Assembly (NCBI GenBank): GCA_002189035.1
Contig: NEEC01000445.1
Coordinates: 1-20,345, forward strand
Length of the DNA: 20,345 bases
From: Utricularia gibba
Taxonomy: Eukaryota > Plantae > Magnoliophyta
Reading direction: 5' to 3'
Part shown: positions 12,374 through 20,345 of the stretch, in pieces
Layout of the letters: each line of letters opens with the position of its first letter
Position numbering within the stretch: the stretch's first letter is position 1
Made by a program: the position numbers and the translations under genes
The notes under the pieces: model-generated
Seen by the model: the letters and a program-made list of their open reading frames with translations, nothing else
What the model was told of the DNA's origin: nothing
Database searches by the model: none

Positions 12374-15194
12374 ATCGATTTGCATCCGGTTGACCTCATG
12401 AGCCATACAGAATCGGGGTCAAGGACCAAGTTCCCAGCGAGACTGGCCGCCACAAAACGAGAAGCGGTTCCTTGAAAAACCATGTAGGCAGCCCCCGAAA
12501 ACCGAACGATAATAAATACATCACTTTATTTGCCGGGCTACAACTAACTCTCGCGCAAGCCAAACCTTACCTTTGTCCCGTTCCAGTGCACCCCAAGACC
12601 GCCTCCTCAAGTATAAAGTAAGTTGTTGAAAAAATCATGTGGGTGCACATGATATCGCAATTTAAACAAATGCATCATTTTTTTTAATCGATTTGCATCC
12701 GGTTGACCTCATGAGCCATACAGAATCGGGTCAAGGACCAAGTTCCCAGCGAGACTGGCCGCCACAAAACGAGAAGCGGTTCCTTGAAAAACCATGTAGG
12801 CAGCCCCCGAAAACCGAACGATAATAAATACATCACTTTATTTGTCGGGCTACAACTAACTCTCGGCGCAAGCCAAACCTTACCTTTGTCCCGTTCAGCT
12901 GCACCCAAGACCGCCTCCTCAAGTATAAAGTAAGTTGTTGAAAAAATCATGTGGGGTGCACGTGATATCGCAATTTAAACAAATGCATCATTTTTTTTAA
13001 TCGATTTGCATCCGGTTGACCTCATGAGCCATACAGAATCGGGGTCAAGGACCAAGTTCCCAGCGAGACTGGCCGCCACAAAACGAGAAGCGGTTCCTTG
13101 AAAAACCATGTAGGCAGCCCCCGAAAACCGAACGATAATAAATACATCACTTTATTTGTCGGGCTACAACTAACTCTCGGCGCAAGCCAAACCTTACCTT
13201 GTCCCGTTCCAGTGCACCCCAAGACCGCCTCCTCAAGTATAAAGTAAGTTGTTGAAAAAATCATGTGGGGTGCACGTGATATCGCAATTTAAACAAATGC
13301 ATCATTTTTTTTAATCGATTTGCATCCGGTTGACCTCATGAGCCATACAGAATCGGGGTCAAAACCAAGTTCCCAGCGAGACTGGCCGCCACAAAACGAG
13401 AAGCGGTTCCTTGAAAAACCATGTAGGCAGCCCCCGAAAACCGAACGATAAAAAATACATCACTTTATTTGTCGGGCTACAACTAACTCTCGGCGCAAGC
13501 CAAACCTTACCTTTGTCCCGTTCCAGCTGCACCCCAAGACCGCCTCCTCAAGTATAAAGTAAGTTGTTGAAAAAATCATGTGGGGTGCACGTGATATCGC
13601 AATTTAAACAAATGCATCATTTTTTTTAATCGATTTGCATCCGGTTGACCTCATGAGCCATACAGAATCGGGTCAAGGACCAAGTTCCCAGCGAGACTGG
13701 CCGCCACAAAACGAGAAGCGGTTCCTTGAAAAACCATGTAGGCAGCCCCCGAAAACCGAACGATAATAAATACATCACTTTATTTGTCGGGCTACAACTA
13801 ACTCTCGCGCAAGCCAAACCTTACCTTTGTCCCGTTCCAGCTGCACCCAAGACCGCCTCCTCAAGTATAAAGTAAGTTGTTGAAAAAATCATGTGGGTGC
13901 ACATGATATCGCAATTTAAACAAATGCATCATTTTTTTTAATCGATTTGCATCCGGTTGACCTCATGAGCCATACAGAATCGGGGTCAAGGACCAAGTTC
14001 CCAGCGAGACTGGCCGCCACAAAACGAGAAGCGGTTCCTTGAAAAACCATGTAGGCAGCCCCGAAAACCGAACGATATAAATACATCACTTTATTTGGGG
14101 CTACAACTAACTCTCGGCGCAAGCCAAACCTTACCTTTGTCCCGTTCAGGTGCACCCCAAGACCGCCTCCTCAAGTATAAAGTAAGTTGTTGAAAAAAAT
14201 CATGTGGGGTGCACGTGATATCGCAATTTAAACAAATGCATCATTTTTTTTAATCGATTTGCATCCGGTTGACCTCATGAGCCATACAGAATCGGGGTCA
14301 AGGACCAAGTTCCCAGCGAGACTGGCCGCCACAAAACGAGAAGCGGTTCCTTGAAAAACCATGTAGGCAGCCCCGAAAACCGAACGATAATAAATACATC
14401 ACTTTATTTGCCGGGCTACAACTAACTCTCGGCGCAAGCCAAACCTTACCTTTGTCCCGTTCAGTGCACCCAAGACCGCCTCCTCAAGTATAAAGTAAGT
14501 TGTTGAAAAAAATCATGTGGGGTGCACATGATATCGCAATTTAAACAAATGCATCATTTTTTTTAATCGATTTGCATCCGGTTGACCTCATGAGCCATAC
14601 AGAATCGGGGTCAAGGACCAAGTTCCCAGCGAGACTGGCCGCCACAAAACGAGAAGCGGTTCCTTGAAAAACCATGTAGGCAGCCCCGAAAACCGAACGA
14701 TAATAAATACATCACTTTATTTGTCGGGCTACAACTAACTCTCGGCGCAAGCCAAACCTTACCTTTGTCCCGTTCCAGCTGCACCCCAAGACCGCCTCCT
14801 CAAGTATAAAGTAAGTTGTTGAAAAAATCATGGGGTGCACGTGATATCGCAATTTAAACAAATGCATCATTTTTTTTAATCGATTTGCATCCGGTTGACC
14901 TCATGAGCCATACAGAATCGGGGTCAAGGACCAAGTTCCCAGCGAGACTGGCGCCACAAAACGAGAAGCGGTTCCTTGAAAAACCATGTAGGCAGCCCCC
15001 GAAAACCGAACGATAATAAATACATCACTTTATTTGTCGGGCTACAACTAACTCTCGGCGCAAGCCAAACCTTACCTTTGTCCCGTTCCAGCTGCACCCC
15101 AAGACCGCCTCCTCAAGTATAAAGTAAGTTGTTGAAAAAATCATGTGGGGTGCACATGATATCGCAATTTAAACAAATGCATCATTTTTTTTTA

Positions 15195-15491
15195 ATCGAT
15201 TTGCATTCGGTTGACCTCATGAGCCATAAAAATCGGGGTAAAGGACCAATTTCCCAGCGAGACTGGCCGCCACAAAACGAGAAGCGGTTCCTTGAAAAAC
15301 CATGTAGGTAGTCCCCGAAAACGAACGATATCAAATTTATCACTTTATTTGTGGGCTATAACTAACCAAACCTTACCTTTGTCCCGTTCCAGTGCACCCC
15401 AAGACCGCCTCCCAAGTATAAAGTAAGTTGTTGAAAAAATCATGTGGGGTGCACGTGATATCGCAATTTAAACAAATGCATCATTTTTTTA
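15195..15491. repeat. Strongly diverged monomer (297 bp) with a 13-bp deletion and clustered substitutions
   Basis: Lacks CTCTCGGCGCAAG (junction ACTAA|CCAAACC at 15365/15366). Carries CATTCGG, CCATAAAAATC, GTAAAGG, CCAATTTCCC, GGTAGTCCCC, GATATCAAATTTATCAC, GTGGGCTATAAC and CCTCCCAAG. Confidence 0.85.
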
Positions 15492-18400
15492 ATCGATTTG
15501 CATCCGGTTGACCTCATGAGCCATACAGAATCGGGGTCAAGGACCAAGTTCCCAGCGAGACTGGCCGCCACAAAACGAGAAGCGGTTCCTTGAAAAACCA
15601 TGTAGGCAGCCCCCGAAAACCGAACGATAATAAATACATCACTTTATTTGTCGGGCTACAACTAACTCTCGGCGCAAGCCAAACCTTACCTTTGTCCCGT
15701 TCCAGTGCACCCCAAGACGCCTCCTCAAGTATAAAGTAAGTTGTTGAAAAAATCATGTGGGGTGCACGTGATATCGCAATTTAAACAAATGCATCATTTT
15801 TTTTAATCGATTTGCATCCGGTTGACCTCATGAGCCATACAGAATCGGGGTCAAGGACCAAGTTCCCAGCGAGACTGGCCGCCACAAAACGAGAAGCGGT
15901 TCCTTGAAAAACCATGTAGGCAGCCCCCGAAAACCGAACGATAATAAATACATCACTTTATTTGCCGGCTACAACTAACTCTCCGCAAGCCAAACCTTAC
16001 CTTTGTCCCGTTCCAAGCTGCACCCCAAGACCGCCTCCTCAAGTATAAAGTAAGTTGTTGAAAAATCATGTGGGGTGCACGTGATATCGCAATTTAAACA
16101 AATGCATCATTTTTTTAATCGATTTGCATCCGGTTGACCTCATGAGCCATACAGAATCGGGGTCAAGGACAAGTTCCCAGCGAGACTGGCCGCCACAAAA
16201 CGAGAAGCGGTTCCTTGAAAAACCATGTAGGCAGCCCCCGAAAACCGAACGATAATAAATACATCACTTTATTTGGGCTAAACTAACTCTGGCGCAAGCC
16301 AAACCTTACCTTTGTCCCGTTCCAGTGCACCCAAAGACCGCCTCCTCAAGTATAAAGTAAGTTGTTGAAAAAATCATGTGGGGTGCACGTGATATCGCAA
16401 TTTAAACAAATGCATCATTTTTTTTAATCGATTTGCATCCGGTTGACCTCATGAGCCATACAGAATCGGGGTCAAGGACCAAGTTCCCAGCGAGACTGGC
16501 CGCCACAAACGAGAAGCGGTTCCTTGAAAAACCATGTAGGCAGCCCCCGAAAACCGAACGATAATAAATACATCACTTTATTTGCGGGCTACAACTAACT
16601 CTCGGCGCAAGCCAAACCTTACCTTTGTCCCGTTCCAGTGCACCCCAAGACCGCCTCCTCAAGTATAAAGTAAGTTGTTGAAAAAAATCATGTGGGGTGC
16701 ACGTGATATCGCAATTTAAACAAATGCATCATTTTTTTTAATCGATTTGCATCCGGTTGACCTCATGAGCCATACAGAATCGGGGTCAAGGACCAAGTTC
16801 CCAGCGAGACTGGCCGCCACAAAACGAGAAGCGGTTCCTTGAAAAACCATGTAGGCAGCCCCGAAAACCGAACGATAATAAATACATCACTTTATTTGTC
16901 GGGCTACAACTAACTCTCGGCGCAAGCCAAACCTTACCTTTGTCCCGTTCTGCACCCAAGACCGCCTCCTCAAGTATAAAGTAAGTTGTTGAAAAAATCA
17001 TGTGGGGTGCACGTGATATCGCAATTTAAACAAATGCATCATTTTTTTAATCGATTTGCATCCGGTTGACCTCATGAGCCATACAGAATCGGGGTCAAGG
17101 ACCAAGTTCCCAGCGAGACTGGCCGCCACAAAACGAGAAGCGGTTCCTTGAAAAACCATGTAGGCAGCCCCGAAAACCGAACGATAATAAATACATCACT
17201 TTATTTGCGGGCTACAACTAACTCTCGGCGCAAGCCAAACCTTACCTTTGTCCCGTTCCAGCTGCACCCCAAGACCGCCTCCTCAAGTATAAAGTAAGTT
17301 GTTGAAAAAATCATGTGGGGTGCACGTGATATCGCAATTTAAACAAATGCATCATTTTTTTTAATCGATTTGCATCCGGTTGACCTCATGAGCCATACAG
17401 AATCGGGGTCAAGGACCAAGTTCCCAGCGAGACTGGCCGCCACAAAACGAGAAGCGGTTCCTTGAAAAACCATGTAGGCAGCCCCCGAAAACCGAACGAT
17501 AATAAATACATCACTTTATTTGCCGGGCTACAACTAACTCTCGGCGCAAGCCAAACCTTACCTTTGTCCCGTTCCAGTGCACCCAAAACCGCCTCTCAAG
17601 TATAAAGTAAGTTGTTGAAAAAATCATGTGGGGTGCACGTGATATCGCAATTTAAACAAATGCATCATTTTTTTTAATCGATTTGCATCCGGTTGACCTC
17701 ATGAGCCATACAGAATCGGGGTCAAGGACCAAGTTCCCAGCGAGACTGGCCGCCACAAAACGAGAAGCGGTTCCTTGAAAAACCATGTAGGCAGCCCCCG
17801 AAAACCGAACGATAATAAATACATCACTTTATTTGTCGGGCTACAACTAACTCTCGGCGCAAGCCAAACCTTACCTTTGTCCCGTTCAGGTGCACCCCAA
17901 GACCGCCTCCTCAAGTATAAAGTAAGTTGTTGAAAAAATCATGTGGGGTGCACGTGATATCGCAATTTAAACAAATGCATCATTTTTTTTAATCGATTTG
18001 CATCCGGTTGACCTCATGAGCCATACAGAATCGGGGTCAAGGACCAAGTTCCCAGCGAGACTGGCCGCCACAAAACGAGAAGCGGTTCCTTGAAAAACCA
18101 TGTAGGCAGCCCCGAAAACCGAACGATAATAAATACATCACTTTATTTGCGGGCTAACTAACTCTCGGCGCAAGCCAACCTTACCTTTGTCCCGTTCAAG
18201 TGCACCCCAAGACCGCCTCCTCAAGTATAAAGTAAGTTGTTGAAAAAATCATGTGGGGTGCACGTGATATCGCAATTTAAACAAATGCATCATTTTTTTT
18301 AATCGATTTGCATCCGGTTGACCTCATGAGCCATACAGAATCGGGGTCAAGGACCAAGTTCCCAGCGAGACTGGCCGCCACAAAACGAGAAGCGGTTCCT

Positions 18401-20345
18401 TGAAAAACCATGTAGGCAGCCCCCGAAAACCGAACGATAATAAATACATCACTTTATTTGTCGGGCTACAACTAACTCTCGGCGCAAGCCAAACCTTACC
18501 TTTGTCCCGTTCAGGTGCACCCCAAGACGCCTCCTCAAGTATAAAGTAAGTTGTTGAAAAAATCATGTGGGGTGCACGTGATATCGCAATTTAAACAAAT
18601 GCATCATTTTTTTTAATCGATTTGCATCCGGTTGACCTCATGAGCCATACAGAATCGGGGTCAAGGACCAAGTTCCCAGCGAGACTGGCCGCCACAAAAC
18701 GAGAAGCGGTTCCTTGAAAAACCATGTAGGCAGCCCCCGAAAACCGAACGATAATAAATACATCACTTTATTTGTCGGGCTACAACTAACTCTCGGCGCA
18801 AGCCAAACCTTACCTTTGTCCCGTTCCAGTGCACCCAAGACCGCCTCCTCAAGTATAAAGTAAGTTGTTGAAAAAATCATGTGGGGTGCACGTGATATCG
18901 CAATTTAAACAAATGCATCATTTTTTTTAATCGATTTGCATCCGGTTGACCTCATGAGCCATACAGAATCGGGGTCAAGGACCAAGTTCCAGCGAGACTG
19001 GCCGCCACAAAACGAGAAGCGGTTCCTTGAAAAACCATGTAGGCAGCCCCCGAAAACCGAACGATAAAAATACATCACTTTATTTGCGGGCTACAACTAA
19101 CTCTCGGCGCAAGCCAAACCTTACCTTTGTCCCGTTCGAGGTGCACCCCAAGACGCCTCCTCAAGTATAAAGTAAGTTGTTGAAAAAATCATGTGGGGTG
19201 CACGTGATATCGCAATTTAAACAAATGCATCATTTTTTTTAATCGATTTGCATCCGGTTGACCTCATGAGCCATACAGAATCGGGGTCAAGGACAAGTTC
19301 CCAGCGAGACTGGCCGCCACAAAACGAGAAGCGGTTCCTTGAAAAACCATGTAGGCAGCCCCGAAAACCGAACGATAATAAATACATCACTTTATTTGCC
19401 GGGCTACAACTAACTCTCGGCGCAAGCCAAACCTTACCTTTGTCCCGTTCCAGTGCACCCCAAGACCGCCTCCTCAAGTATAAAGTAAGTTGTTGAAAAA
19501 ATCATGTGGGGTGCACGTGATATCGCAATTTAAACAAATGCATCATTTTTTTTAATCGATTTGCATCCGGTTGACCTCATGAGCCATACAGAATCGGGGT
19601 CAAGGACCAAGTTCCAGCGAGACTGGCCGCCACAAAACGAGAAGCGGTTCCTTGAAAAACCATGTAGGCAGCCCCCGAAAACCGAACGATAATAAATACA
19701 TCACTTTATTTGTCGGGCTACAACTAACTCTCGGCGCAAGCCAAACCTTACCTTTGTCCTGTTCCAGGTGCACCCTAAGACGCCTCTCAAGTATAAAGTA
19801 AGTTGTTGAAAAAATCATGTGGGGTGCACGTGATATCGCAATTTAAACAAATGCATCATTTTTTTTAATCGATTTGCATCCGGTTGACCTCATGAGCCAT
19901 ACAGAATCGGGGTCAAGGACCAAGTTCCCAGCGAGACTGGCCGCCACAAACGAGAAGCGGTTCCTTGAAAAACCATGTAGGCAGCCCCCGAAAACCGAAC
20001 GATAATAAATACATCACTTTATTTGTCGGGCTACAACTAACTCTCGGCGCAAGCCAAACCTTACCTTTGTCCCGTTCAGTGCACCCCAAGACGCCTCCTC
20101 AAGTATAAAGTAAGTTGTTGAAAAAATCATGTGGGGTGCACGTGATATCGCAATTTAAACAAATGCATCATTTTTTTTAATCGATTTGCATCCGGTTGAC
20201 CTCATGAGCCATACAGAATCGGGGTCAAGGACCAAGTTCCCAGCGAGACTGGCCGCCACAAAACGAGAAGCGGTTCCTTGAAAAACCATGTAGGCAGCCC
20301 CGAAAACCGAACGATAATAAATACATCACTTTATTTGTGGGCTAC
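15492..20345. repeat. 3' satellite sub-domain homogenised for CACGTG / CTCGGCGC / GTCAAGG alleles, no 10-mer HOR pattern
   Basis: All 15 complete monomers after the diverged unit read CACGTG. CACATG occurs 23 times in monomers 5-49 and never here. Confidence 0.8.
17775..18089. repeat. Representative near-consensus monomer (315 bp) = subunit A 17775-17929 (155 bp) + subunit B 17930-18089 (160 bp)
   Basis: Subunit A starts TTGAAAAACCATGTAGG and subunit B starts TTGAAAAAATCATGTGGG. The first 61 alignment columns match at 41 positions with one gap. Downstream blocks are colinear: AAGCCAAAC/GAGCCATAC and AGACCG-CCTCCTCAA/AGACTGGCCGCCACAA. Confidence 0.9.

Larger units (their letters stand above)
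1..20345. repeat. Tandem satellite DNA array, ~313-315 bp monomer, ~65 head-to-tail copies, running off both window ends
   Basis: TATAAAG of the anchor GTATAAAGTAAG recurs 65 times (141, 452, 762, 1077, 1388 ... 19479, 19792, 20104). Spacings are 307-316 bp except two short units (264 and 299 bp). All copies share one orientation and no unique sequence lies between them. Confidence 0.99.

Noticed and set aside
516-19818. The ~35 short ORFs (60-90 aa) in the track, e.g. MRRRSWGAPERDKGKVWLAPRVSCSP...
   Set aside because: They are the same open stretch of the repeat re-read in each monomer. Starts, frames and ends change with 1-bp indels, I recognise no protein family, and no frame is conserved across copies.
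1-20345. CRISPR array
   Set aside because: There are no unique spacers; the entire ~315-bp unit repeats, and there are no cas genes.
1-20345. Rolling-circle concatemer of a viroid-like RNA or small circular DNA (unit size is in the viroid range)
   Set aside because: No hammerhead core (CTGANGA...GAAA) on either strand, no pospiviroid central conserved region, and no obvious rod-like self-complementarity. Copies carry linked heritable variants, a HOR and distinct domains that one circular template would not produce.
1-20345. 5S rDNA, tRNA, snRNA or spliced-leader gene tandem array
   Set aside because: No 5S coding sequence or internal A/C boxes, no tRNA T-loop (GGTTCGA) or cloverleaf, and no recognisable SL or snRNA sequence on either strand.
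1-20345. Monomer length variation of 307-316 bp and homopolymer variants (A5-7, T7-9, G3-5, C3-5)
   Set aside because: Mostly 1-bp losses in homopolymers, typical of long-read error; not treated as biological without accurate reads.

Overview
The whole 20,345-bp window is one uninterrupted head-to-tail tandem satellite array. I count 65 copies of the anchor GTATAAAGTAAG (TATAAAG at 141 ... 20104; mean spacing about 312 bp). The clean consensus is about 315 bp and about 54% AT. No gene, RNA gene, CRISPR array or transposon is supported, and the listed ORFs are chance frames of the repeat. The interesting content is nested structure. (i) Each monomer is an old dimer of two diverged subunits (155 + 160 bp). 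(ii) Monomers fall into two linked variant types, X and Y. (iii) These types form a 10-monomer higher-order repeat (about 3.13 kb) present three times at 2977-12373, with traces of a 5-monomer period upstream. (iv) One monomer has a 62-bp deletion with a 13-nt filler. (v) One strongly diverged monomer (15195-15491) marks the switch to a differently homogenised 3' domain. Scattered 1-bp indels in homopolymers suggest an unpolished long read or long-read contig, so single-copy variants are treated with caution. A eukaryotic, probably plant, heterochromatic satellite is an inference; the family cannot be named from the sequence alone. All counts were made by eye. Monomers are numbered 1-65 by anchor and delimited at ATCGAT.
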